From a virus (taxonomy: Duplodnaviria; Caudoviricetes), in IMG/VR virus record IMGVR_UViG_3300037558_001138, positions 1 to 59,313 of that record: 59,313 nucleotides of DNA; one strand, written 5' to 3'. Of the stretch, positions 17,899 through 27,710 are shown piece by piece. How positions within the stretch are numbered: position 1 is the stretch's first letter; each line of letters begins with the position of its first letter. The notes below the pieces were generated by a model. The model did not search any database. It was given only the letters and a program-made list of their open reading frames with translations, and was not told the origin of the DNA. A program made the position numbers and the translations under genes.

Positions 17899-19635
17899 AT
17901 GGCAATTAAATTTGGCGATACGTTAGAAAATCAAAACTCAGACTTTCCTATTGTAGATCTTACAGGAGGTCATGCTGCGGGTATTGTTTTCCACACCACG
18001 TTTAATAATACGGATCTTGGCAACCTTCCTTTAAATAAACGTAAAGACGGGATGCTAGTAGTTGATAAAACTAGTGGCAAGATTTATGTTTGGAAAGGAG
18101 GGGATGGCATTACAAACGGTAATGGCTTTGACGATATTACGGACTCAGATTGGGTTATTATCGGTTCTACCCCTGTTGTAACAGCGAACTTAGATGTTCA
18201 GCTACCCGCAGGCGCTTCTTTTGGTAGGTTTACAAACGGAGATGAAATTACTGTCAATGCGGATGGAACAAACGCATTGCAGATTATCCAAGATGCTATT
18301 ACTGGGTTTGTAACTCCCCAAGGTACCATTACATCTAGTGCAAGTACTTTTGCTTTTAGCGAGGTTGCTAGGCCAAACGAAAGCCACACGTTGACTTTCA
18401 CAGTCAAAAATATGAATCAGAATAGTGTTGCTGGTATAGGTGCAGGTGACGCATTTGCTATTCGCACTATTAATATCCAGCGTAGACAAGGTTCAGCGAG
18501 TTTTACTACCATTCAGTCCATTGCTGCGGGAAGTACTGCTTACGGCACCTTTAACAACTTAAATTCTTCAGGAACTCCAACGAATGTATCTTTTTCCTAC
18601 CCGGATAATGATGTAGATATCGATGCTTCAGAAGGATCAGTAGCCGGTAACTATGATTACCGAATCAGTGTCGTCGCTAATGACAGCGCGGGATCTGCTA
18701 CTGCAGCGGTATCTGTAGATGAGGAAAGCAACCAAGTTAGTATCACTGATTACGCACCGCCTACCTCTTCAGATACCATCACACGTAATAGTGCTTACTC
18801 TGCTCCAACTGGATTCAAGGCTTCCTTAGGAACGACTGACGTTACTTTTGCAGGCACTGGTAACAACTCGAGTAATGCAAACATTCTAGTAGGCGACAAC
18901 AATCTCGGGGCAAGCTTCACCGTAACGCGTAACAGCCCATTGATTGACCTAGTCTCTTATACAGTCCACCGAGTTGTTGCTGGTGTCGAAACACAAATTA
19001 CGAACTCTACTAGCAATGTGTCTATTAGCGGAACTGTGTCAGCGGCATCATTTACTGTAACCATTACAGATAACCAGCCAGCTAGTCAGCGAAGTACCGT
19101 TAAGTACCGAATCAAAGTAACAGATCAAGAGCAGACTACTCCACTTGACAGCCCACTTTTTACTTACAGGCACTTAGGCTTCCTTGGTTTTAGTGCTAAA
19201 GACAACTTGCCTACTGCTAGTGCTAATACTGCTGGAGTTGTTTCAGCAGTGGGTGGGAACGCTGCGTCTTTAGGTTCTACAGGCATTACGGGTCTTAGCA
19301 CAAGAAAGATTGCAGCCGTTTTAGGAGATGTTCATAATTTTACAAATGCTGGAAACAGTCGGATTGCTTTGAACGCTCCGTCTAATCAATTTTTGTTTAT
19401 TGCATACCCGGACACTAGCGATTTGTTAACGACGTTCCAAGCAGATGGCGCTTCCCCCACATTAGATTCAGATTTGGCTTGTAGTGAAGCTAACTCGAAC
19501 ACCGCGTTTAGTGAGGCGTTTACTAGTTCAAATATTTCGGTCACGAATGACGCCGGTTTTACTCAAAATTATCTTGTCTACCGCAGCCTTAGCCCTACGG
19601 CCTTTAACGGTTCTGTAGTATATACAATCAAATAA
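17899..19635 (+). CDS. Putative fibre / virion structural protein with Ig/FN3-like domains
   Basis: N-terminal MAIKFGDTLENQN...RKDGMLV module, YDYRISV and VKYRIKV strands, and C-terminal YLVYRS. Confidence 0.6.
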   Translation: MAIKFGDTLENQNSDFPIVDLTGGHAAGIVFHTTFNNTDLGNLPLNKRKDGMLVVDKTSGKIYVWKGGDGITNGNGFDDITDSDWVIIGSTPVVTANLDVQLPAGASFGRFTNGDEITVNADGTNALQIIQDAITGFVTPQGTITSSASTFAFSEVARPNESHTLTFTVKNMNQNSVAGIGAGDAFAIRTINIQRRQGSASFTTIQSIAAGSTAYGTFNNLNSSGTPTNVSFSYPDNDVDIDASEGSVAGNYDYRISVVANDSAGSATAAVSVDEESNQVSITDYAPPTSSDTITRNSAYSAPTGFKASLGTTDVTFAGTGNNSSNANILVGDNNLGASFTVTRNSPLIDLVSYTVHRVVAGVETQITNSTSNVSISGTVSAASFTVTITDNQPASQRSTVKYRIKVTDQEQTTPLDSPLFTYRHLGFLGFSAKDNLPTASANTAGVVSAVGGNAASLGSTGITGLSTRKIAAVLGDVHNFTNAGNSRIALNAPSNQFLFIAYPDTSDLLTTFQADGASPTLDSDLACSEANSNTAFSEAFTSSNISVTNDAGFTQNYLVYRSLSPTAFNGSVVYTIK

Positions 19636-19638
19636 GCC

Positions 19639-21444
19639 ATGCCAAAAATTGCATCGATTCTCGCGCATAACAACGCGTTTGCCCCTTCTGTAGATTCGGA
19701 TACTATTCGGGGTGGTTTCTTAAATGTCCGCGCTACAGCATCAGGCCTAGCGGGTGAATTTGATACTACTGCCGCTCTGCAGGCCGACGGCAACAAACAA
19801 GACCTTGTAAAAGAAAAAGGTACTATTGTATATGTTAGTGATCAGACGGACTATTTTATCTTGAATAACAAGTCTGCGTCAGATGTTGCTCCTGGTTCTC
19901 CGGGTTCTGGATGGATCTCTTTACGTTCTGCAATTGGTGCAGGTACTGGTTCAAGTAACTTGGCATTGAGTGACTTGAGTGTCGGATCAGATGCGGCAGC
20001 TAGTGGTGGTGGGGGCCTTGCCTATAATAATTCTAGTGGCGTTTTTACTTATACTCCACCTGTTTTAACTTCATTTCTAACGAGCAGTGATATTTCTACT
20101 TTCATTGCTCTCGGTGATATCAGTGTAGGTAGTGATGCAGCAGCTTCCGGTAGTGGAGGATTATCATATAACAACTCAAGCGGGGTATTTACTTTTACAC
20201 CTCCAGTTCTATCCAGCTTCCTTACCAGTTCGGACATTTCTACTTTTATTGCGCTTGGCGATATCAGTGTTGGCTCAGACGCGGCCGCTTCCGGCTCCGG
20301 CGGATTAGCTTATAACAATTCTAGTGGGGTATTTACTTATACGCCCCCGTCTTTGTCTAGCTTCCTGACAAGCTCAGATATCTCGACATTTATTGCTTTA
20401 GGCGATATTTCTGTTGGATCTCCTGCAGCAGCTTCTGGTAGTGGTGGCCTGGCGTACAACAACTCTTCCGGGGTCTTCACATATACCCCGCCATCTTTGA
20501 CCTCGTTCTTGACAAGCAGCGACATTTCAACCTTTATTGCACTTGGTGATATTAGTGTTGGTTCAAATGCAGCGGCTAGTGGTTCTGGAGGATTAGCGTA
20601 CAATAATTCGAGTGGTGTCTTTACGTACACCCCACCAAATTTATCGACATTTTTGACATCTTCAGATCTTAGTGGGTATGCTGCGCTTAGTGGTGCTACG
20701 TTTACTGGTGCTATTAGTGGTACAAGCTTAACGCTTAGCGGTAACTTGACTGTTGCTGGTACGGTAACACAGTCGAATAGCCAGGAGGTCAACTTCAACG
20801 ATACACGTCTGCGGTTGAATATTCCAACAGATTTGCTAGATGGCAGCATTGAAAACGTTGGTGCACCGGCTACCGATACAAACGTGGGTATCGAAATCTT
20901 CAATGGATCTACTGGTGGCGCATTTTCAAACGGTCCTCTGTGGGTATATAACTACAGCACAGATCACTGGGGCGCAAGTATCCAAGGCAGTGTGACGACA
21001 TTGGATAATGTAAAAGCGTTTAAGTTCAATGTTACTACATCAAGCTTAGGTGCAGAAGCAGACGCAACAAACGACGTTGCAGACTTGTATGCTACTGCGA
21101 ATACTGCTCGTTCTAACAATACGAATGTTCGTTCTGTTGGTGCAGTATCTAAGTGTACTATCGATATTACTACTGACTCAAGTGATGACGGCTCTAACTT
21201 TGCTCCTGTAGCTGCAGCGGCAAATGGGTATCCTATTCAACATGACTTGGATACGTCTAGCGTCTTTGTATTTGCTCTTAAGACACACCAAGCAGGTGTT
21301 GAGGGTACGGGAGGTGTTGCAACCTTGATTGCAGAGCCGCAACCAATTTTCTGCAAGTTCAAAGTACTTACTGCAGGTATTGTCGAGGTAAGTGTGGGGA
21401 TTACTAAAGAGAACGAGAAGTACGATATTATCGTAATCGGATAA
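19639..21444 (+). CDS. Tail fibre protein with five 48-aa tandem repeats
   Basis: Repeats of GSGGLAYNNSSGVFTYTPP...; also SGATFTGAI...GNLTVAGT fibre-shaft motifs. Confidence 0.75.
   Translation: MPKIASILAHNNAFAPSVDSDTIRGGFLNVRATASGLAGEFDTTAALQADGNKQDLVKEKGTIVYVSDQTDYFILNNKSASDVAPGSPGSGWISLRSAIGAGTGSSNLALSDLSVGSDAAASGGGGLAYNNSSGVFTYTPPVLTSFLTSSDISTFIALGDISVGSDAAASGSGGLSYNNSSGVFTFTPPVLSSFLTSSDISTFIALGDISVGSDAAASGSGGLAYNNSSGVFTYTPPSLSSFLTSSDISTFIALGDISVGSPAAASGSGGLAYNNSSGVFTYTPPSLTSFLTSSDISTFIALGDISVGSNAAASGSGGLAYNNSSGVFTYTPPNLSTFLTSSDLSGYAALSGATFTGAISGTSLTLSGNLTVAGTVTQSNSQEVNFNDTRLRLNIPTDLLDGSIENVGAPATDTNVGIEIFNGSTGGAFSNGPLWVYNYSTDHWGASIQGSVTTLDNVKAFKFNVTTSSLGAEADATNDVADLYATANTARSNNTNVRSVGAVSKCTIDITTDSSDDGSNFAPVAAAANGYPIQHDLDTSSVFVFALKTHQAGVEGTGGVATLIAEPQPIFCKFKVLTAGIVEVSVGITKENEKYDIIVIG
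19966..20670 (+). repeat. Intragenic tandem repeat, 144-nt unit x ~4.9
   Basis: YNNSSG codons recur at 20023, 20167, 20311, 20455 and 20599 (period 144). Confidence 0.95.
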
Positions 21445-21448
21445 AGCA

Positions 21449-21456
21449 TATATTTG
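21449..21456 (+). promoter_or_regulatory. Bacteroidota -7 promoter box (TATATTTG)
   Basis: Exact consensus in the intergenic gap before the 21480 gene. Confidence 0.55.
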
Positions 21457-21479
21457 TACCAGTACCAAAAACTTATAGC

Positions 21480-21863
21480 ATGTTACTAAAAGACTGTATT
21501 AACGTCTACCAGGCGTTTCAAAAACTTAGCGACAACACCCTTCCACTGAAGACTAGTTGGATGTTAGCGCAAAACATTAACAAGCTCCAGCCGCTTGTAG
21601 AGTCGTTCGAGGATTCTCGGCAAAAGTACGTTGCATCGTTGCGTGAAAAAGCCACGACAGATGCAGACGGACAACCAGAAGTCAGTGACGACCTGGCAAA
21701 TGAGTTTCGCGAAAATGTCGAAGCTCTATTGAATGAGGATCAAAAGGTCCGGCTCAAAAAGGTCACGCTCATTGACGATGGTGAATTGTCGATTGAGCCG
21801 AATGTCCTGCTTGCTGCCATGGACTATTTAATCCTCAAGGAAGATGGCAATAAAGCTAGCTGA
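21480..21863 (+). CDS. Putative fibre assembly chaperone (DUF1617-like)
   Basis: LPLKTSWMLAQNINKLQPLVESFEDSRQK helical pattern seen next to phage fibre genes. Confidence 0.5.
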   Translation: MLLKDCINVYQAFQKLSDNTLPLKTSWMLAQNINKLQPLVESFEDSRQKYVASLREKATTDADGQPEVSDDLANEFRENVEALLNEDQKVRLKKVTLIDDGELSIEPNVLLAAMDYLILKEDGNKAS

Positions 21864-23298
21864 TGTAATTGAACGTTCACACGTTTCTTTTCCCGTAATA
21901 GAAGCTCACGATAAAACTATTGTGGGCTTCTATAATGGAGCATCAGGTAATGCCCAGCAACCTTTACAGCTATACTATAATAGCTCGGTAAAGACAAAGC
22001 TCTCTTCTGACGGCAGTGCGGGTAATACTGTCAAGCTTACGAGCTTACCTTACGGTGGCGACGGGGGGACAGATACTGCTGGTCCAACGGATGCTCTAGT
22101 TATTCCTACCGAGAAGGGCGGCATTCTAACAATGCTGGACGAGAAGCTTCTGACAGATGCTGGAGGTCACCCGTCTCCTACTGACTTTGTATCTGCATAC
22201 CTTGTTAATGTTGCTAATCAAGGGTCTAATGTGGATTCGGCACGAAGCAGTATTGGCCGTTTATCAGAGTTAGCTCAGCAGTTCAACCGCTATCCCATTG
22301 TAACAGGTCAGCAGGCTGTTGCTTTAGGAGACGTTGATGGGGAATCATTTCTTTTTGCGGGATATAGCACAGAGCAAAAATCCTTTAAAGCAATTTCTTT
22401 TGCACAAATGATTGCGGGCATTGGTGCTCAGCTGACAACTGACTTAATCAATAACGGCGTTATAACTGACAGTCAAGCGTCAGGTCAAAGTGGTGGTATT
22501 GGAGACGTAAATGGTGATGGCTCTGTTTCAACAGCGGACTTGCTCGAGTTCTTGACATCCTTTGGTAATAATTCTACAGGGTTTGAGACTGACTATACTA
22601 CACTTGTTGATACACCTAGTGACCAGTCTGTCGATAATATTGCAGTAGGAGTAGCACCTGGTGCTTCTTCTCCTTTTGCCGTATCGGACTTATCAAGCTG
22701 GAATTATGGTGCAAGTGTTAATATAGCGGGAGAAGCCTATGGGTGGGCTAGTGTTTCTTTTCCTACCAGCGCCGCCAACTTTGTGCGGTTCAATACAATG
22801 AACCTTGGCACTGGGAATGAGTTGCTAACGACACATTGGCATGCAAGACGGTTGGTGGTTGATATTTCGACAATGGTAACATTTGATGCGCCGGATGCTA
22901 TTTACATGATAGTACATGTGATTCTAACGGATGATTCTGGAAATGAGAATACCAATGAATTAATGGTAGTAACTTCCGGCTACCAAGATTTCAACAGCAA
23001 TAACAACGGCTTCTTTAGCCAAGGTTACTATGGAGGTACTGCAGGAGCGCCAATAGGAGTGCCCATTCCTTGGACGCCGCAAGTGGATTTTAAGACTGAG
23101 GGTTTTACGGAGCGCTATCCGGTTGCAACAAACTATGAAAATCACACGTCGGCTTTAGGGGAAGGATTTATGATGAACTATGCGTTTAGTAGTAACGATA
23201 ATATTAAGAATATGGAGGTTCGTATACACTTTGCAGGTACGAATGGCTCTACAACAGTAGACATTGAGAGTGTCCGCCACCGAATAATTTCAGTGTAA
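21844..23298 (+). CDS. Fibre-like structural protein with dockerin/EF-hand-like Ca-binding loop
   Basis: N-terminal MAIKLADVIE module and internal GDVNGDGSVSTADLLEFLTSFG. Confidence 0.6.
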   Translation: MAIKLADVIERSHVSFPVIEAHDKTIVGFYNGASGNAQQPLQLYYNSSVKTKLSSDGSAGNTVKLTSLPYGGDGGTDTAGPTDALVIPTEKGGILTMLDEKLLTDAGGHPSPTDFVSAYLVNVANQGSNVDSARSSIGRLSELAQQFNRYPIVTGQQAVALGDVDGESFLFAGYSTEQKSFKAISFAQMIAGIGAQLTTDLINNGVITDSQASGQSGGIGDVNGDGSVSTADLLEFLTSFGNNSTGFETDYTTLVDTPSDQSVDNIAVGVAPGASSPFAVSDLSSWNYGASVNIAGEAYGWASVSFPTSAANFVRFNTMNLGTGNELLTTHWHARRLVVDISTMVTFDAPDAIYMIVHVILTDDSGNENTNELMVVTSGYQDFNSNNNGFFSQGYYGGTAGAPIGVPIPWTPQVDFKTEGFTERYPVATNYENHTSALGEGFMMNYAFSSNDNIKNMEVRIHFAGTNGSTTVDIESVRHRIISV

Positions 23299-25853
23299 TG
23301 GAGAACATCAAAATATACGTCGAAAGCGGACAGGTACTTATTCTTAGTGGATCGTCTGCCATTAGTGGCTTGAATACAAGTCTGAGCACGGCCAATCAAC
23401 CAGTCCGGTTTGCAGCTAATGGAGAGCTTACAGCATCTGTTGTCAACACGAACAATATTAAGGTAGTTACATCTACCGGTCAGATTATCTTAAACGATGT
23501 GCCATTTGGAAACGTAAAAGAGAAGAATGGCACTACGGCTATTGGAGCTTCTGCGGTTGCTGTACGGGATAATTTGAACAGCACACACATATTTGGCGCT
23601 GCTACTCTAGAGACCAAGCTGGCTACTGAAACGACGAAGATTACGGCACTGGAGAATGCTACGAAGACAGCAACTAACGATCGTGGCATTTTTATTAATG
23701 ATGCAAAAGGTACTACTCAGAGCCACTTACAGGTTACAGATACGGTAGCAAACCTTCAAGCGGGGGCTACTACGAAAGTAGCGATGACAGATGTTTCGAC
23801 TGGGCAGGGGTCTATCGAGTATGCAGTACGTGCTGGAGCTAATGGGCAGCAAACATCTGTAACCGCATTGTCGATTGCGGGGGACTCCTCATTCAATAAT
23901 GCGCTCGTAACTTTTGGAGAGCCGGTTACATTTAGTAATTCGGTGTCTGGTCTTAGCAGCGCTGCTATTCCAAATTTGGCTGCTAGTAAGATTACCTCAG
24001 GGACTTTTACCACTGCTCGTATTCCTAGCTTGAATGCCAGTAAAATTGGTTCTGGCACACTGGCTGATGCGCGAGTAGCTGCGTCTAATGTAACCCAGCA
24101 TCAGGCTTCTCTGACTATTACTGAGAGTCAGATTAGTGATCTAGCCCACTACACAGATGCAAGTGTTAACACACATCTAAATCAAAGTAGCGCTAGTGCT
24201 GGGCAGTACTTGAAGTGGACTGGAAGCGACTATGCTTGGGGAACAGTTAGTTCAGGCGGACTAGGTAATGTAGTAGAAGACACCTCTCCGCAACTTGGGG
24301 GTCAGCTAGATGCTAACGGGCAGTCCATTGATATGGGCACGAATACTATTACAGACACTAAGGTAGGTCAGTGGGATACAGCCTATGGGTGGGGAGACCA
24401 CAGCTCTGAGGGCTATTTGACCACGCTAGCGTTTTCTGCTCTTACGGGCAAACCTACTACTCTTGCGGGTTACGGAATTACAGACGCATTGGCAAGTCTA
24501 GCGGGAGACACGAGTCCGCAGCTAGGGGGAGCCTTAGATGTTAATGGTAGCATAATCACCAGCAATTCTAATGGTGATGTGACTATAGATCCTGCAGGAA
24601 CTGGAGCTATTGTCCTTAAGTCTAATGATATTAAGTTTGAGGGCGCGGGTACTGTGACTATGTCCAGCCTTAAATTCTACGAAGCATCAGCACTCGAAGG
24701 CAACTATGTGGCTTTAAAGGCACCGCTTTCTATAAGTAGCGATGTCACTTGGACATTACCTGCTGCAGATGGGACAAGCAATCAGGTGATTAAGACTGAT
24801 GGTTCGGGCACCTTGTCATTTACTACAGTTGTAAATACTCAAAACCCGTTGATGCAGGGTACTGTTTCTATACAACAAGTAGCAGGGCTGTCGGCAAAAC
24901 TAAAGATTTTCGATAGCGACACAAGTCATGGTGTTGTGCTTCAAGCGCCTGATCTAACTGCCGATGTAACATTTACTCTTCCGGCTACAGACGGCAGCAG
25001 TGGGCAGGTACTTAAGACAGACGGGAGTGGTAACCTATCTTTTGTTGCTCAGACGTCTGATACGAATACAAATATTGCCAATACTAGTCTAGCTCTTAAT
25101 GCAGACCGTACTGTCGACTCAGATGGTAATACACTAACCTTAGACCCAAATGGTGGTGGAGTACGTATTTTGGAAAGTGGGGCTTCAACTCCTTACATAA
25201 ACTGTGAGCAAGGTAGCCTGGAGCTAAATGGCATTAACTTTCCTGGCTCGGATGGCACGTCCGGACAAGTACTACAGACAAATGGTTCAGGCTCTCTGTC
25301 TTTTGCTACAGCATCAGGTGGGGGTGGCATGACTGAAACGCCTTTTGTTTCAATGTCAGGCAGAGCTACATTTGGTTCTGCTGATGAAGAAGAGAGGGTA
25401 CTAATTGGTACGTCATATGGATGGTCTTTTTATAGTCAAAGTCAAGAGATGGGAGACTGGTCTTCGTCGCAAACAATTGATTCTACTACGCATGGTTTAG
25501 CAGCTTATCTAAGAGGGCAAGCCGCACTGCTAATGCCTTCTGATGCAAAGAAGGTAAGAGTAAAAGTTAGCTATCGGGTTCAGAACGGTAATAGTACTGA
25601 CTTCGGATTCAGCCTATGGTCGGGGCCAGTAGACAATAACTCTACGGCAACCACTAACGTCACCCTGCGCGGGCAATGCGTAACGCAAACTGTAGGCACT
25701 AGCAGCATTACTGCATACAAAAAAGAATTCACCACTACCTCATCAATTACTGATGATGCGGTTTTCATGGTTGTAGAACAGCGAGGAGGAGGAGCTGGAC
25801 TTGCCTCGACTTGTTATGTTTACTACAGCATTCACTTATTTTTAGTTGACTAA
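23298..25853 (+). CDS. Long tail fibre protein
   Basis: Shaft motifs IPNLAASKITSGTF, GKPTTLAGYGITDA, DTSPQLGG x2 and DG(T/S)S(N/G)QV(I/L)xT(D/N)GSGxLSF x3, then a C-terminal beta domain. Confidence 0.8.
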   Translation: MENIKIYVESGQVLILSGSSAISGLNTSLSTANQPVRFAANGELTASVVNTNNIKVVTSTGQIILNDVPFGNVKEKNGTTAIGASAVAVRDNLNSTHIFGAATLETKLATETTKITALENATKTATNDRGIFINDAKGTTQSHLQVTDTVANLQAGATTKVAMTDVSTGQGSIEYAVRAGANGQQTSVTALSIAGDSSFNNALVTFGEPVTFSNSVSGLSSAAIPNLAASKITSGTFTTARIPSLNASKIGSGTLADARVAASNVTQHQASLTITESQISDLAHYTDASVNTHLNQSSASAGQYLKWTGSDYAWGTVSSGGLGNVVEDTSPQLGGQLDANGQSIDMGTNTITDTKVGQWDTAYGWGDHSSEGYLTTLAFSALTGKPTTLAGYGITDALASLAGDTSPQLGGALDVNGSIITSNSNGDVTIDPAGTGAIVLKSNDIKFEGAGTVTMSSLKFYEASALEGNYVALKAPLSISSDVTWTLPAADGTSNQVIKTDGSGTLSFTTVVNTQNPLMQGTVSIQQVAGLSAKLKIFDSDTSHGVVLQAPDLTADVTFTLPATDGSSGQVLKTDGSGNLSFVAQTSDTNTNIANTSLALNADRTVDSDGNTLTLDPNGGGVRILESGASTPYINCEQGSLELNGINFPGSDGTSGQVLQTNGSGSLSFATASGGGGMTETPFVSMSGRATFGSADEEERVLIGTSYGWSFYSQSQEMGDWSSSQTIDSTTHGLAAYLRGQAALLMPSDAKKVRVKVSYRVQNGNSTDFGFSLWSGPVDNNSTATTNVTLRGQCVTQTVGTSSITAYKKEFTTTSSITDDAVFMVVEQRGGGAGLASTCYVYYSIHLFLVD

Positions 25854-25993
25854 TGGCACACGTACAAGACCCAAGGCCGGTTGAAAAACTGAAATCTAAT
25901 GCTACCGTTGCTGAACGGATTGCAAAAATTAATGAGTTGGTAGACCTCGTGAACAGCATGTGGTTTACTGACGACGCAGATCATACAGAATGA
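25853..25993 (+). CDS. Small hypothetical protein (46 aa)
   Basis: Not in track. MAHVQDPRPVEKLKSNATVAERIAKINELVDLVNSMWFTDDADHTE, coupled by TAATG upstream and ATGA downstream. Confidence 0.65.
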   Translation: MAHVQDPRPVEKLKSNATVAERIAKINELVDLVNSMWFTDDADHTE

Positions 25994-26496
25994 AACGACC
26001 AGAACATATGAAGCTGGAACTGTACCGTATGAGTACGGGCAAAGACAGCACGCTAGGAACTTTGTTTCTTAGTACAGGTAAAGACAAAAGAAAGTATCTT
26101 TGCTTTACATTAGAGGACGAGCATCGTGACGAGAAGGTGATGGCAGAAACGCGCATCCCGGCTGGTGAATACGAGATTAAGCTCAGAGACTTCGGTGGCT
26201 ACCACCAGAAGTATAGCAGACGTTTTAAGGATATTCACAAAGGAATGTTGTGGCTCCAGGACGTTCCAAATTTTAAGTATATACTGATCCACTGTGGCAA
26301 TACAGATGAGGACACTGCTGGTTGCTTGCTTACTGGGTATGGGCCAAAGCGAGTATCTGGCGGAGAGTTTGAGTTATACAATAGCACCCAGGCGTATTTT
26401 GATGTGTACCCGCCTGTAGCAAACCATCTAGCGGATGGAGGTACCGTAACAATTGAAATCAAAGACTTCGATGAAATTCCAGAACGGTTGGGGTAA
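25990..26496 (+). CDS. DUF5675-type L,D-peptidase-like protein, putative endolysin
   Basis: STLGTL...CFTLED...TRIPAGEY...LQDVPNFKYILIHCGNTDEDTAGCLLTG (His/Cys catalytic pattern), next to a holin. Confidence 0.8.
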   Translation: MKRPEHMKLELYRMSTGKDSTLGTLFLSTGKDKRKYLCFTLEDEHRDEKVMAETRIPAGEYEIKLRDFGGYHQKYSRRFKDIHKGMLWLQDVPNFKYILIHCGNTDEDTAGCLLTGYGPKRVSGGEFELYNSTQAYFDVYPPVANHLADGGTVTIEIKDFDEIPERLG

Positions 26497-26626
26497 CCCA
26501 AATAAGCATGCAGATAAATTTATCTACAAGCTTCGTATCGGCACTGTTACAGTGTTCGACTTTATTATTGACTTGAGTTCTAAGTTGTACTCAGTTACTT
26601 TTTTCAACTTTACAATTAAGTTCTAA
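26471..26626 (+). CDS. Small hypothetical protein (51 aa)
   Basis: Not in track. MKFQNGWGNPNKHADKFIYKLRIGTVTVFDFIIDLSSKLYSVTFFNFTIKF fills the gap and its TAA overlaps the holin ATG. Confidence 0.6.
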   Translation: MKFQNGWGNPNKHADKFIYKLRIGTVTVFDFIIDLSSKLYSVTFFNFTIKF

Positions 26627-27072
26627 TGGACAAACTCCGCGACACCAAACTAGGGTCGTGGCTAAAAGAAAAAGCGCCTAAGATTTTTGAGACAGTAGCC
26701 GATGCATTACCCGATGCCGGACTCTTAGGTGTAGTAAAGAACCTTGTAAACGCAGACAGTAGCCTTAGCCACGAACAAAAATTAGAGTTCGAACGTCTTG
26801 AGCAACAAGAGCGTATTGCTTTAGAGGAAAACGTTACCAAGCGTTGGACAGCAGATGTAGGATCTAAAAGTTGGCTGGCTAGAAATGTCCGTCCTTTAAT
26901 CGTACTGTCTTTGACATTTATGTTTCTTGTATTCATTCTACTGGATACCCTTGCTCCTGTGGAAGTGCGGGATGCTTGGATTAAGATGTATGAAACTATT
27001 CTAATGACTACAATTGGCGGCTACTTTGTAGTGCGCACTGTAGATAAAAATCAGCTGCCATGGCAACGCTAA
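26626..27072 (+). CDS. Holin (GTA 3TM holin-like)
   Basis: RWTADVGSKSWLARNVRPLIVLSLTFMF...IGGYFVVRTVDK signature with hydrophobic helices. Confidence 0.8.
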   Translation: MDKLRDTKLGSWLKEKAPKIFETVADALPDAGLLGVVKNLVNADSSLSHEQKLEFERLEQQERIALEENVTKRWTADVGSKSWLARNVRPLIVLSLTFMFLVFILLDTLAPVEVRDAWIKMYETILMTTIGGYFVVRTVDKNQLPWQR

Positions 27073-27710
27073 ATGAAATTGTCTATAACATTGCTTTACA
27101 AGTAGAGAAAGCAGACGATGCGGTTCTACTTGAGCGGTTGAAGTTTCATGTAGCATATTACCGTGCGCAGTTTATCCGTCAGGATCAAAAGCGTAATCAT
27201 AGTTTGCCAAGCCAGTTCGTCCAAAAGCTAGACTGCTTAGAGATGGAAGAGGCAAATGCTATGGAGTGCTGCACTGTCGAAGATATTGGATGCACAGTAT
27301 GGCGAACGAAAAAGACTATCCCGCGCCCAGTACGTATTTACGATGGTAGCGAGTTTGGGTACGTTGGAACAGTAGATTCTAAACAGCCTTACCAGCGCAC
27401 GACAGGAGTGCAAGCGGAGTATGCAGCCCATAACAAATGGACCTCATCTCAGCCTCGTTACATCTATGCTAACGACCGCATCTATGTTCTTAATACTCGT
27501 CCTTCAAAGATTCTATTGAAGGGCATTTTCGAGCAGCCGCAGGACTTAGCAGGGTATACATGCTGCGACAATACTGCAGCATTCTCAGAAGATAAACAGT
27601 ATCCCATTTCAATGGACATGGTGCAACGCATAACGCAAAGCATTCTTTCTACTGAAATGCAATTAGAAAATAGGCAGAATGACAGCGACGAAGTACAGCT
27701 CAGCGAGTAG
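27060..27710 (+). CDS. Tail ring protein
   Basis: MATLNEIVYNI...YYRAQFIRQ...KGIFEQP...YPISMDMVQRI is a crAss-like ring pattern. Confidence 0.7.
   Translation: MATLNEIVYNIALQVEKADDAVLLERLKFHVAYYRAQFIRQDQKRNHSLPSQFVQKLDCLEMEEANAMECCTVEDIGCTVWRTKKTIPRPVRIYDGSEFGYVGTVDSKQPYQRTTGVQAEYAAHNKWTSSQPRYIYANDRIYVLNTRPSKILLKGIFEQPQDLAGYTCCDNTAAFSEDKQYPISMDMVQRITQSILSTEMQLENRQNDSDEVQLSE

Noticed and set aside
19966-20670. CRISPR array or DGR template/variable repeat
   Set aside because: In-frame coding repeats without spacers. Differences are synonymous rather than adenine-specific, and no reverse transcriptase is present in the window.
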